From Octopus sinensis (taxonomy: Eukaryota): a DNA stretch of 64,000 bases. Below the pieces are notes generated by a model. That model worked only from the letters and a program-made list of their open reading frames with translations. It made no database searches and was not told the DNA's origin. Below, in pieces: positions 25,347 to 39,372 of this stretch (position 1 is the first letter of the stretch; every line of letters begins with the position of its first letter). A program made the translations under genes and the position numbers. The stretch lies in contig NC_043010.1 of NCBI RefSeq assembly GCF_006345805.1, forward strand, positions 66,216,001 to 66,280,000, in the 5' to 3' direction.

Positions 25347-28300
25347 CATACATAAATAGATAGAGATAATAATAATAATAATAATAATAATAATCCAAGG
25401 ATGGAATTTATAAATATTTTAATGCATCACTATACTCATTTCCCTAGTTCACATGATTTTTGTGACCATAAGCCACACCCATGGGATGATTACAGTACAA
25501 TCTGTAATATTCATGGATATTACGGTGGGTCATTGTTTATGCAAGTTGGAATCACTGGGTCGTAACCAGCATAATAATAGGAAAGGCAGTGAGCTGGCAG
25601 AAACATTAGCACGCAGGGCGAAATGCTTAGCAGTATTTCGTCTGCCATTATGTTCTGAGTTCAAATTCCACCGAGGTCGACTTTGCCTTTCATCCTTTCA
25701 GGGTTGATAAATTAAGTACCAGTTGCATACTGGAGTCGATCTAACCGACTGGTCCCCTCCCCAAAAATTTCAGGCCTTGTTTGTGCCCTGAGTAGAAAAG
25801 AACATAATAACATAGCTTTCATGTGAATACTCAAAAACGCTTCCTGTAAACAAACTGAAAGGACACACACATTATATGCAATAGAAGCACTATTATATTA
25901 AAATAACCATCTATGTACGATACATAATGTAAATATATCATTGAAAAGGGAGTTTCTGTGGTATTCATTTAGACATAACATCTCTTCTAGGCATGCTGTG
26001 TTTAAAGACACACGAAAGATAAAAACTGACCCAGAAGCAGCAATCGAGAATGTCACATGCCATTCTCTCTTGTCATTATCATCCAGTGTTTTAAATCCAG
26101 GTTTTTGTCCCCATTAACAAGGGTGGCTGGATCTACCTCAATGCCATAACAACTGAGGTAAGCAGGTGCAGCCCACCCCAAACTTTGGGCTGGCTGGTTC
26201 CCATTCTCCTTTGCTATCATGAGGCTTTTTTGGAGCTGGATATTCTACAGGGAGCATTGCCTTGCTTACCTTCAACCTCAGTTTCTAGATATGAGTGGTC
26301 CCGAGACCAAGGCCCCTACCACAATTTTTAAGAAATGTGATGGAAAACTAGCTCAGGAAGACAAGGACGCTACTCCCTAAGACCCTTTCTGGAGACCCGC
26401 TATCTCTTCATATGCATGCGTGTGTGTGTGTACATATTATTATTTAAGGCGGCGAGCTGGCAGAATCATTAGCATAGTGGACAAAATGCATAGCGGTATT
26501 TCACCCATCATGATGTTCTGAGTTCAAATTCCACTCAGGTCAACTTTGCCTTTCATCCTTTCAGGGTCGATAAATTAAGTACCAGTTACACACTGGGGTT
26601 GATGTAATCGATTATCTCCCTCCCCCAAATTTCAAGCCTTGTGCCTATAGTAGTAAGTATTATTATTTCACTAAGGTATAATGATATTAATAACCTGATA
26701 TTAAAACTAAATATACATATGGTGGTGCCCCAGCATGGCCACAGCTCGTGAGCTGAAACTAGAATCAATCAATCAATCAATCATATGCTTCAAAATTAAG
26801 CACCAGTCAATCACAGAGCAGTAATAAGAAATTAAAAGAACAAGAGGATGAGAAATTATATCACAAACTTCATTAGCTTACTTTAATTTTCTTATATATA
26901 TCATCATCATCGTTTAACGTCCGTTTTCCGCGCTAGCACGGGTTGGACGGTTCGACCGGAGTCTGGGAAGCCAGGGGCTGCACCAGGCTCCAGTCTGATC
27001 TGGCAGAGTTTCTACAGCTGGATGCCCTTCCTAACGCCAACCACTCCGCGAGTGTAGTGGGTGCTTTTTACGTGCCACCTGCACAGGTGCCAGGGGGGTC
27101 CGGCATCGGCCACGATCGGTTGGAGCTTTTAATGTGCCGCCGGCACGGAAGCCAGCCAAGGCGGTGCTGGCAACGGCCACGTTCGGATGGTGCTTATTAT
27201 GTGCCACTGGCACAGAAGCCAGTCGGGGCGGCGCTATATATATATTTATATATCGTCATCATCGTTAACGCCCATCTTCCATGCTAGCAAGGGTAGGACA
27301 GTACCACAAGAGCCAGCCAGGCCGAAGTCAGCACCAGACTTCTGTGAGTGTTTTTGCAGGATTTTAACAATTGGATGCCTTTCCTAACACCAACCACACA
27401 GCAGAGTCGAATTGAGTCTTTTTACATGGCACAAGCACAGGCAAGGTCAGTTTTGCCGAGGTTTTTATAGCTGGATGCCCTACCGAATACCAACCACTTT
27501 ACAGTGAGGACTGGATGGTTTTAAGTGGCACCTGCACTGACAGGGTCACCAAGTACTTGCAAGACATTAAAAAAAAAACTTTTTAAGAGGGGAGGAGACA
27601 TGGGAGGAAGTGATGATGAAAAGGTTATAGTGAAACAGATACAGGTGCCTTACTCGGCCAGAGAGAGAGAGATCAGGAATGAAGACAGAAAGAGGTGTGC
27701 TACTGCAAAGAAAATACACAGTGGGCCAACCTGAGGGAGGTGCAGGAGGAGGAGAAAGAGAGATATAGATGGTGGCAAGTGCCAGATATACATACATACA
27801 TATATATATATATATACATATATAGAATACTGTTAATTCTCTATATCTTTTTTACTCTTTTACTTGTTTCAGTCATTCGACTGCGGCCATGCTGGAGCAC
27901 CACCTTTTAGTACTTATTCTATCGGTCTCTTTTTGCCGAACCGCTAAGTGACGGGGACGTAAACACACCAGCATCGGTTGTCAAGCAATGCTAGGGGGAC
28001 AAACACAGACACACAAACACACACACATACACATACATATATATATACATATATACGACAGGCTTCTTTCAGTTTCCGTCTACCAAATTCACTCACAAGA
28101 CATTGGTCGGCCCGGGGCTATAGCAGAAGACACTTGCCCAAGATGCCACGCAGTGGGACTGAACCCGCAACCGTGTGGTTGGTTAGCAAGCTACTTACCA
28201 CACAGCCACTCCTGCGCCTATCATTTGTATTCTGTGTAAGTCTGACCTTTTTGTATGTAAACATACACATTTTTTTGCATTTCATAATTTATATATTGAT

Positions 28301-28618
28301 TTGTTAAACTTGCTTATCCTTAAACAGTTACTTCTCTACCCGCTCAAGTGTAAATCTTGAGCATTACTAAGTGTATTCTATACGAAGAATATCTGATTCT
28401 CATCTACATACTATATATATATATTTATTTATTTATGTCGGAGATGTACTTGCATAGCAAGTGACCTGATCTGCAGCACAGAATTCTGTCAGTGAACAGT
28501 TCGCGGTCTCAAAGCAACGAAAATATTTTGACAAATTAAATTTAAATGTTGAAGTGAATCTAATGGTTTTTTTGTGTGTTTCTTAAATGGCCTTATAAAC
28601 ACCTTCCACACTGCAATT

Positions 28619-28653
<35 letters not shown>

Positions 28654-31445
28654 TCACCGTGACCAACCAGGCTATTAGATGTTGCTACACATCACAGGTC
28701 ACGATGCACTTCGCATTGTTTTAGCCTTCAAATGACGCCAACAGAAGACAGAGTGAGAGAAAGTTGTGACGAAAGAGTACAGCAGGGATCACCACCATCC
28801 CCTGCCGGAGCCTCGTGGAGCTTTTAGGTGTTTTCACTCAATAAACACTCACAATGCCCAATCTGGGAATAGATCTTACAACTGTGAGTTCGCTGCCCTA
28901 ACCACTGGGCCATTGCGCCTCCACAATGTGTGTGTGTGTGTGCGTGTTAGTATGTATATGTACACACACACACAGAGAAAGAGAGATCAAGGTGAGGAAC
29001 TTTTACAGAGCCTCCTACACTGGTGTGAGGGAGGGAAGAAGGTATCCTGAACTTAAGATACTTGACCCAAATGTTTCCACTAGAGTCAACTCTGCTAAAG
29101 GTACTCAAGGTGAAAGTCTAATACCCAGCTAGACCATACTGGCATTTAAAGAGCCAAAATAAACAGTGAAAGGCAACCAATCTGACACTAACAACCCCAT
29201 ACACGGGATTAGTACATATTTCTTTTTAACAATCCTGAACGGATGAAAGCTAATATTGTCTTTAGCAGAATTTAAACTCACAGCACAGTGTCAGAACACA
29301 CACCACAAGCTATTATATATATATATATTTCTTTATTGCCCACAAGGAGCTAAACACAGAGGGGACAAACAAGGACAGACAAAGGGATTAAGTCGATTAC
29401 ATCGACCCCAGTGCATAACTGGTACTTAATTTATCGACCCCGAAAGGATGAAAGGTAAAGTTGACCTCAGAACGTATGGCAGATGAAATACCTATTTCTT
29501 TACTACCCACAAGGGGCTAAACACAGAGAGGACAAAGAAGGACAGACAAACAGATTAAGTTGATTATATCGACCCCAGTGTGTAACTGGTACTTATTTAA
29601 TCGACCCCAAAAGATGAAAGGCAAAGTCAACCTCAGCGGAATTTGAACTCAGAACGTAATGGCAGACGAAATACCGCTTAGCATTTCGCCCGGCGTGCTA
29701 ACGTTTCTGCCAGCTCGCCGCCCTGAAGCTATTTTATATAACAAACACTAGCAACACTTCCAATTTATCACATTGTTTGCTTGAGACCCCCTTCAGTCAT
29801 GACTGACCGTGGGATTGCACCTAGAAAGTTACCCTCCCAGGCAAAAGTCCAGGTAAGGTTGTTTAAGGAAGACCAGCAGTCGCCCATTCGTACCGGCTTC
29901 CCCTCTCCACGCCACCAGTGTTCCCCAAGGGTAAAGCAAAGGCCGATGCAGCTTGGCATCTGTGACGTCGCAACTCATTTCTACAGCTGAGTGAACTGGA
30001 GCAACGTGAAATAAAGTGTCTTGCTCAAGAACACAACACGCAGCCCAGTCCGGGATTCGAACTCACAACCTCACGATCGTAAGTTCAACGCTCTAACCAC
30101 TGAGCCTTGCACCTTCATATTGTTTACTAAACACAGCCAAACTGCAGTGGAAATGAAAGTTTAGAGAAGGGCGGTGATTCTCAACCATCATTTCACCTAT
30201 GGACCCCTTTGATCCCAATTTTACTTGGGTGGACCCTCAAACATTTCATGTTTAAAAGATCCTGTTATATTTTTAGAATTAAATATTATTAGGAAATGCA
30301 TTTTTTCTTAAAAAATGGTTAAATTATTTGGTATTGAAGATGTGGTAAGTAGCTAGGTGCAGGAGTGGCTGTGTGATAAGCAGCTTGCTTACCAACCACA
30401 TGGTTCCGGGTTCAGTCCCACTGCATGGCACCTTGGGTAAGTGTCTTCTGCTATAGCCTCGGGCCTACCAAAGCCTTGTGAGTGGATTTGGTAGATGGAA
30501 ACTGAAAGAAGCCTGTCATATGTGTGTGCGTGTGAACATGTGTGTGTGTGTGTATGTGTATGTATGTTTGTGTGTGTGTGGTGTGTGTGTGTGTGTGTGT
30601 TTGTCCCCACAACATCGCTCGACAACCGATGCTGGTGTGTTTACGTCCCCGTAACTTAGCGGTTCGGCAAAAGAGACCGATAGAACAAGTACTAGGCTTA
30701 CAAAGAATAAGTCCTGGGGTCAATTTGCTTGACTAAAGGCGGTGCTCCAGCATGGCCACAGTCAAATGACTGAAACAAGTAAAGGAGTAAAAGAGAGAGC
30801 CGAACTTTGAAAGAACAGGTTTTCCCTTGCCCCAGATTATTTTCTCTCTTGGCAGTAACCTCAAATACTTAGGCATCCGGATGTTAAAACTATTTTAGGT
30901 GTGTGCACGTCATGTTTATAATAACTTGTATTTAATTCAATTTTAGCTGGTTGGGTTACTGACATCTCTCACATGACCAAATTACACCATAAAATCTTTA
31001 AAAAAGAAAAAAGGCACGGTGACATTAGATAGTGTATTCTTAGGGACACTATAACTGAGAACAAAAAATGTAGGTGATAGTCATGATTGGATTGCCATTG
31101 GGCATAGTTCTACTTGATCTGAGCCGATGTTGCTCTAAAGCTACAACACTTTCTACTAAACACAGAATAATTGCAACGGAAATAATATTTTAGGGTTGTG
31201 GCTATCAATCAGGGTCCAAATGGACCCCAGGGTGACGGGGTTATATAAGATGGTGGGGGTCATGCAAGCAAAATAGTAAACTGGGGATCCACAGTATTAT
31301 TTTAAGGGTTCATGAAAAAACTTTGCTTTACATGTATGTACTGCAAGAAAGAGCTAGGTTTCTTTCTCTAACATTTTACATAGTTTAATATGTTTCCAGC
31401 CACTGGAACGTGTTCTCTCAGAGAGTTCTGTTGCAAACCTACACA

Positions 31446-31843
31446 AGGCGCAGGAGTGGCTGTGTGGTAAGTAGCTTGCTAACCAACCACATGGTTCCGG
31501 GTTCAGTCCCACTGCGTGGCATCTTGGGCAAGTGTCTTCTGCTATGGCCCCGGGCCGACCAATGCCTTGTGAGTGGATTTGGTAGACGGAAACTGAAAGA
31601 AGCCTGTCGTATATATATATATATGTATGTATGTATGTGTTTGTGTGTCTGTGTTTGTCCCCCTAGCATTGCTTGACAACCGATGCTGGTGTGTTTACAT
31701 TCCCGTCATTTAGTGGTTCGGCAAAAGAGATCGATAGAATAAGTACTGGGCTTACAAAGAATAAGTACCGGGGTCGATTTGCTCGACTAAAGGCGGTGCT
31801 CCAGCATGGCCGCAGTCAAATGACTGAAACAAGTAAAAGAGTA
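31446..31843 (+). mobile_element. tRNA-derived SINE family A (about 400 bp, internal TA/TG microsatellite, AAAGAGT tail); representative of about 20 copies
   Basis: Head ggcgcaggagtggctgtgtggtaag..ggttcagtcc (A/B-box-like). Other copies at about 13681-14077(-), 21680-22240(+), 24071-24476(+), 27850-28218(-), 30356-30795(+), 40805-41600(-), 46580-46966(-), 50860-51195(-), 56574-56950(+), 62010-62433(-). Confidence 0.9.
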
Positions 31844-33327
31844 AGTGAATGTGTGAAAAACAAAATAGGAATTTTGAAAGAAGTTTCTATAAATTTAGAT
31901 TCTAACCTTTTCATTAATGTATTTATTTTGAGAAATTGCAGCTGTGATACCAGTGCCGGTGGCACGTAAGAGAACCATCCGAACATGGCCGTTGCCAGCA
32001 CCGCCCCGACTGGCCTCGTGCCAGTGGCACGTAAAAAGCACTATCCATTCGTGGCCGTTGCCAGCCTCGCCTGGCCCCCGTGCCAGTGGCACATAAAAAG
32101 CACCATCCGATCATGGCCATCTGCCAGCCTTGTCTGGCTCCTGTGCCGGTGGCACGTAGAAAGCACCCACTACACTCACGGAGTAGTTGGCGTTAGGAAG
32201 GGCATCCAGCTGTAGAAACATTGCCAGATCAGACTGGGCCTGGTGCAGCCTTCTGGCTTCCCAGACCCCAGTTGAACTGTCCAACCCATGCTAGCATGGA
32301 AAGCGGACGCTAAACGATGATGATGATAACAAAGAATTAAGTAAAATAACTTAGTTATCATTAAGCTAGTGTTAGGAACATAAATTGTGACTAAGGTTTG
32401 GTGGAAGATTTTTTTATTCAAAATTTATGAAAACAAGACATTTATACTACAGTTGACAGAATCATTAGCATGTCAGGCAAAGTGCTTGACGGCATTTCAT
32501 CTGTCTTTACATTCAAATTTCACTGAGGTCAACTTTGCCTTTCATCCTTTCAGGGTTGATAAATTAAGTACCAGTTGAGCACTGAAGTCCATGTTATCAA
32601 ATTAACCCCTTTGCCGAAAAAGCTGGCCGTATTCCAAAAGTTGAAACAAACATTATTTCAGCAAGTTTAAAGTGATTTCTTTTGTGCTAAGACCATTTAC
32701 CATTTCTCTGGTGACCCTCCCTTTTCTAGATGCCCTAAGGATGTGTTTATTTCGCTTGATAGTTAATCTAGTGCTGTCTCTTACCACCTACCAAGGTGCT
32801 ACACAGTGGGACTGAACCCAAAACCATACGGTTGGAAAGCAAACTTTTTAACCACAAGCAAACACCTATATAATACACACACACACATATCCACCCATCT
32901 TTTTCTACCCACTGTTCCTGGAAAGGTTGTGAGGGCAGAATTCTCCATAGGGTCCGATCAGAAGCAACCACCATTACACTTTTCCGGTTGGATTCCCAAG
33001 TGTGACCAACTGGGACTGTGAATATTATTATCCATCCCTCTCATTCTTGGTTTACCCTTAATGTCTCCTGCAGGTAGGCTCATCTTGAAGAATCCGTCTT
33101 GCAATTCTTTCCTGCGACATTCTAATTACAAATCTGTAGTACCCAGTCACTGGACAACCTACATATTGTGCCAAGTGGTCGGCTATTCCACAGACATGTA
33201 TACTCTTAGCATAATTCTCAGGTACAAGTCCACCCAACATGCTCCTAAGCATTCTATATTTTGGGGATGAGGAATCATGTAAATTACTTACAATGGATGG
33301 ATCAGTTTCCTCATCTTGTTTGTTGTT

Positions 33328-33373
33328 AACACAACATTTCGGCTGATGTACTCTGCAGCCTTCATCAGGTGTT
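33328..33373 (-). ncRNA. Minimal hammerhead-like motif in the left arm of an inverted repeat (33308-33385 / 33461-33538)
   Basis: AACAC-CUGAUGA-A-GGCUG-loop-CAGCC-GAA-AUGU-U-GUGUU. There is an extra A after A9. The plus-strand mirror copy has lost G12. Confidence 0.5.
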
Positions 33374-33566
33374 CTGGTGGAATTTCAAACCCAACCCTTT
33401 ATTTGACTAATGGGGTACGCAGTTCTCATTCCTGAAATATGTTGCTGATGTTATTTTTCAAAATTCCACCAGGACACCTGAAGAAGGCTGGAGAGTACAT
33501 CAGCCAAAACGTTGAGATAACAACAAAGAAGATGAGGACACCTATCCGTCCATTGTAAATAATACA

Positions 33567-33797
33567 TATTTCTTTATTACCCACAAGGGGCTAAACACAT
33601 AGGGGACAAACAAGGACAGACATAGGTATTAAGTCGATTACATCGACCCCAGTGCGTAACTGGTACTTAATTTATCGACCCCGAAAGGATGAAAGGCAAA
33701 GTCGACCTCGGCGGAATTCGAACTCACAACGTAACGCAGACGAAATACCGCTAAGCATTTCGCCCGGCATGCTAACGTTTCTGCCAGCTCGCCGCCT
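33567..33797 (-). mobile_element. SINE family B (head ggcggcgagctggcagaaacgttagc; central gcctttcatcctttcggggtcgataaa domain), young copy
   Basis: 16-bp TSD cattgtaaataataca (33551-66 / 33798-813). Other copies at 20914-21143 (16-bp TSD ccaataatataatacc), about 25590-25800, 26447-26660, 29330-29725, 42258-42482, 54076-54290, 60700-60900. Confidence 0.9.
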
Positions 33798-34365
33798 CAT
33801 TGTAAATAATACAGCTTCTAAGCAGTTTCTGTCTGCCCAATTTCACACACACAAGCTTCTGTTAATCTAAGGCTTGGGCAAATGTACTCAAGATGCTAAG
33901 CATGGAAACCTCATACTTGGAAAGTAAACTTCTTAACCATTTGGCTATGCCATACATCATCATCATCATCATCGTCATCATTATTTAACGTCTGTTTGCC
34001 ATGCTGGCATGGGTTGGACTTCACATATATACATACATATCAAATACATATAAATGTAGGTACCACTCGACTGGCACTCGTGCTGGTGGCACGTAAGAAG
34101 CACCCACTACACTCTCGGAGTGGTTGGCGTTAAGATGGGCATCCAACTGCAGAAATTTTGCCAAATCAGATTGGAGCCTGGTGCAGCCCTCTGGTTTGCC
34201 AGTCCTCAATCAAACCGTCCAACCCATGCCAGCATGGAAAGTGGACGTTAAGTGATGATGATGACAATGTATGTATGAAAGTGTGTATGTATATTTGTGT
34301 ATATCTTTGTATGTATACATGTATATACATACACGTGTCGGTATATATACATACACACATCTGTT

Positions 34366-34407
<42 letters not shown>

Positions 34408-34965
34408 AAAATATGGAGATAGATAGATAAATAGATAGATATATTAAACACACATACGCATGCATTTATATACTCATAGGCTGTGTGTTGATATTATCCT
34501 ATGCTAAAATATGATAATACCTACGACTGTTAGTTTTCCAATCAACAGACCTTTCAAATATTGGGATTTTAAATGAAACTTCCGCCAATTCCCTTCATCA
34601 AACCCTTTTAAATAAAAAATGACAATCTCGCACGGCACAGATGTCATTCTATCTCCACGTTAGTTCTGAGCGAACGAACCTACTTTATCACAGAGCGCCT
34701 CGGCTGTGACCATCCCGTAATTTTGCTGACCAGAAACTTAACAACATATAAGGCTACATATCATTATTATTATTATTATTATTATTCCCACGATAGCAGG
34801 GCGTGGTTTGAGGGGAGATTCGGTCGTTATACCGAGTCGGTCGATGGACTAAACAGAAGCTCCTTCTTTGGTTCGTAGTTGTTTAGATGTGCAAGATTAT
34901 GTGTTTGTAAAACCTAGTAAACAGCGCCACTCCCCAAGAGGAAACACATAAAATAGACAATCTAC

Positions 34966-35008
<43 letters not shown>

Positions 35009-35752
35009 ATATATATATATGTATATATATAAACGTGGTTTTCTACTTGATTGTGGGAATATGTCACTATGTAATAACATGTTAACCCCAAAACGGGTTA
35101 TCTTGCATTGAAAAAAAGGGGGTCAACAAATGAACATTAATTTCTTTTCCTGCTATTATTTGTACATTATATCTTCTGTAATCATCACCATCATCATCAT
35201 CATCAAGGTGATGAGTGGTACAGGTGGTCACGATCTATAATACTAAACGTCGTCCTTCTATAGCATCGTGTTCGAATCTCACGACGGACGACATCGTCTT
35301 CCATCCCTTCTAGGACGGATGTTGAAGTCGATAAAATATGCAAAATAAAAGGGAAAAAAATGCACACACTGGGTGAGAGTGAGTAGAGTTATATTACAAA
35401 TAACATCTCCTTAGGCCAATGTAAGAATTCATTAAATTTTTTTTTTCCAGGAAGTAGGTTCGTTCTATCATCTTTCACGGTGGTAACAATTCCCTACTGT
35501 GGGCGTTATACATAATCAAATAATAATTATGATTTATGTTTCAATAACGAAATTCTTTTCAGTAACCATGAAGCAATAACCTTTTTTTTTTCTTTAAAAA
35601 ATGTAAAATAATAAAACATTACACAAAACATATAACTAAAAGCCTTTCGTTGTGTTCTATGTTTCGTACCATTTCTTCGCAACAACTGGAGTACAGCGCG
35701 CGCGCATATATATGTGTGCGTGTGTATGTATATATATAATATATATATATAC

Positions 35753-35946
35753 ACATACAAATTAAGGACTGAACACGAAAAGTGGACAGTCAACATGCTA
35801 GATATAGACGTCAAATCGCCATTCTCCCCAAAGAGTATGTTCTCAAATAAAACTCAGCACATACTCTTTGTGGAGAATGGCGATTTGACGTCTATATCTA
35901 GCATGTTGACTGTCCACTTTACGTGTTCAGTCCTTAATTTGTATGT
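35753..35946. repeat. Near-perfect 194-bp palindrome (88-bp arms, 2 mismatches, 18-nt loop)
   Basis: 35753-35840 is the reverse complement of 35859-35946. Confidence 0.97.
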
Positions 35947-36043
35947 AAAAATATTTTAATCTTCGGATTCTTTTTAATATGCTAGACCACTGGTTTTAAT
36001 TGACTAATATCAATTTCTACCCTTAATTAATTATATATATATA

Positions 36044-36083
<40 letters not shown>

Positions 36084-38519
36084 TATAGGCAGCCGTATGC
36101 AGCCTAAGATCGTGATGCGGTTCTTTCAAAACCAGCCACGCAGAGATGATTAAAGCATTCGGAAATTCTGTCCTTGGCAAATTAAATAATTTCCACTTGG
36201 CTCGAAATCTATGAGCAAAATTACTCTATCACGTTACCCATATCAAACCCGCTGCACATTTCAAAAAAAAAAAAAAATTATCACAAGTGGTAGGATTTCC
36301 TGTCTGTCTCTCAAAGTGACACCCCAAGCAAAACAATAATAATTGTTACTAGTAAGTAATAGAGATGGAATTTGGGAGAAGAGATAAATACTACAGACGC
36401 CGAGCACTTGACGGGTACTTTGTTTTATCGACCCAGAAAGGATGGACAGCGAAGTTGACCTCGGCCGGATTTGAACTCAGAGCGTAAACAGTCGAAAGAC
36501 ATACCCGCGAAACAATTTATCCGACACCCTCAACGGTTTTAGCAATCGCCCGCCCTTCTGTCAAATTACGAGGTGTTTCGACTGGGGAGGAAAACAGCTG
36601 ACAACAGCCCTTTCACCTTCGTACAACATATTATTATTATTATCTCTCTAGTTGTTACTAGTAACACCATGATTTTATTGATGGCTGTTGTATTGATAGA
36701 AGGTAATAGACCTTGTAGTGAGGAGACAGTAGTCGGTTGAATCAACCCCTGACTTCATCTGCCAAACCCCCAACAAAATGAAAGTATAGACAGTTGACAC
36801 CGGTGGAAATCGAATCTAGAGCACAGGCAAAAATCGGTATAGCCGAAGTGTGCATAGTTTTTAAGCAGTGTTATAATACATATACACACACACACAGAGA
36901 ACTTAGAGGAAGGAAATTAAACGTAATCCTGAAAGGTGTTGTCTAGATGCTCACGTTTTTCCTGTTAAATCGCCTTAATGCTCGTTCGTTCGTGTGTATG
37001 TTACCATGTTCGATCAACATCAATTTGTGTTTGTTTATCAGCCTGAAGGACATCAAAACGTCACTATGAAATATTTTACAATAATAATTTCTTAACTTCG
37101 ACATAAGGCCACGAATTTCGGGGGTTTTTTTTTTTTTTTTTTGAAGGCCAACAGTCAATCATCTCGATATAAGTGCTTGCGTTGTGGTTATTTTATATCG
37201 ACACCCCAGAAGAAGAAGATTCGAACACTGAATACAACAACAACAACAACAATAACAATAATAATAATAATAATAATAAAATAGATCAGAACAAACCTTT
37301 CGCTTTAGCTTTTGAAACTGGTTCTTTCTGATTTTCTTTCTGTAATTTATATCAGTTTGCAGAAGACGGGTGGTGTGAAAATGTGGCCGAAGGCCACTGC
37401 AGTCACGTAGTGAATGAGATATATGTGATAAAAAGACCAGCAAATGCTGTGTATAGTAATAATAATGAAGAGAAGGAAAACATCATCCGGTTTTCATTAA
37501 ACATTGTTGAGCAGTTTGCTGTTGATGTTCTCTTTTTTCTATATTTTTTTTTTTTGGTTTTCCACTTGGGGGGGTTAGTTAATATATATATACATGAATG
37601 GAAAAGGTGCTTGAATGGCAAAGCAATAGAAAATAGCCTTGTCACCACTCAATATAATATAATATAATATAATATATATAGAATGAAGAAATGCAAAAAG
37701 AAAATAAACACCAGTAAATGGGTTACGTGAACATCCAGCCAAGTTAACCTAGAACAACACAAGGTTGGGTTTGTTCAAAAAGAAAACAAACAAACCTACA
37801 CATCCACAGACTATGTTTCACTTATTATTAATTAATAATTATCATAAAATTAATTCCGTATTATTACATACAGGTCTACTAATTAGTATTTCCAACCACA
37901 CATATTTACAGACACTTGGTTCATTCTACTCCCTAAGATCCCTAATATATTTTTCCTTTTACCCTCTTTTCGTCTGCTCGTCTTGTTTTTAATAATCCCA
38001 GTCACTTCATTCCGTTTACTTCTTCTTATTATTATTATTATTGTTTTAGTTTCTCTTTCCTTTTTGTTTTTCTCAATGAAATTTCTACAAATGGTTCAAC
38101 AAACAATCTGTTCGATTTCCTTGTTTTGATGTCATTTTCTGCCTTAATTTTTTTTCCTTCCTATATATTTCTTTCTCTTCACCACAAATGGATTTTAACT
38201 TGAGAGAAGAAGCGTTACAAATTTCTCTGTTACAAATTTTCTGTTGTAGACATTTACAAATTTTTTCCTTTTTTCCTATAAAAAAAATACACACAGAGAT
38301 AAATCAATCTATCTATCTACATATGAATGTGTATATAGGGGTTCTTTCTTAAAAAAAAATATTCAGTAAATATCCGAAGGTTCAGTAGTAGTGTTGTTGC
38401 CCACCTCCTTGGTGTTTTAGTTGGGGGATAATATTTCTTTCCCCCGAACTCGCTTGCTGCAGTAGGAATTGTGGTGCAGGAGAATACAACCGGAACAACT
38501 TCCGCTTTCGGCTTCCATG

Positions 38520-39341
38520 TCGCTAGTTCTTCGCTCCCCTTTCTCTCTCTCTCTTCTCCTCCTCTCTCTTTCTCATTCGTTCTCTTCTCCTCTATCCTCT
38601 TTTTCATTCCTTCTCTTCTCCTCCTCTCTCTTTCTCTTCTCCTCCTCTCTCTTTCTCTTCTCTTCCTCTCTCTTTCTCATTCGTTCTCTTCTCCTCCACT
38701 CTCTTTCTCTTCTCCTCCTCTCTCTTCTCCTCCTCTCTCTTTTCCTCCTCTCTCTTCTCCTCCTCTCTTTCTCTTCTCCTCTTCTCTCTTTCTCTTCTCC
38801 TCCTTTCTCTCTCTCTTCTCCTCTCTCTTTCTCTTCTCCTCCTCTCTCTCTCTTCTCCTCCTCTCTCTTTCTCTTCTCCTCCTCTCTCTTTCTCTTCTCC
38901 TCTCTCTTTCTCTTCTCCTCCTCTCTCTTTCTCTTCTCCTCTCTCTTTCTCTTCTCCTCTCTCTTTCTCTTCTCCTCTCTCTTTCTCTTCTCCTCTCTCT
39001 TTCTCTTCTCCTCCTCTCTCTTTCTCTTCTCCTCTGTCTTTCTCTTCTCCTCTCTTTCCCTTTCTCTATTCCTCGCTTCTCTCTTCGTTTTTCACTTTTT
39101 CTCCTCTTCTCTCTTTCTCTTCCTCCTTTTTCTCCTAACCCCTCTCGTCTTCTCTTGTTCTATCTTTTTCTCTATTTACTTCTCTCTTCCCTTCTCCCTA
39201 TCTCTCTTTCCATCCTCCCTCTCTCACTCTTGCTTTTTCTTCTATCTCTCTTCGTTTTCTCTTTCTTCCTCTCTCCCTCTTTTCATTTCTTGCTATCATT
39301 GATTGTCCCTCCTTTCTCACTCTCTTTACCCTCTCTCTCTT

Positions 39342-39372
<31 letters not shown>

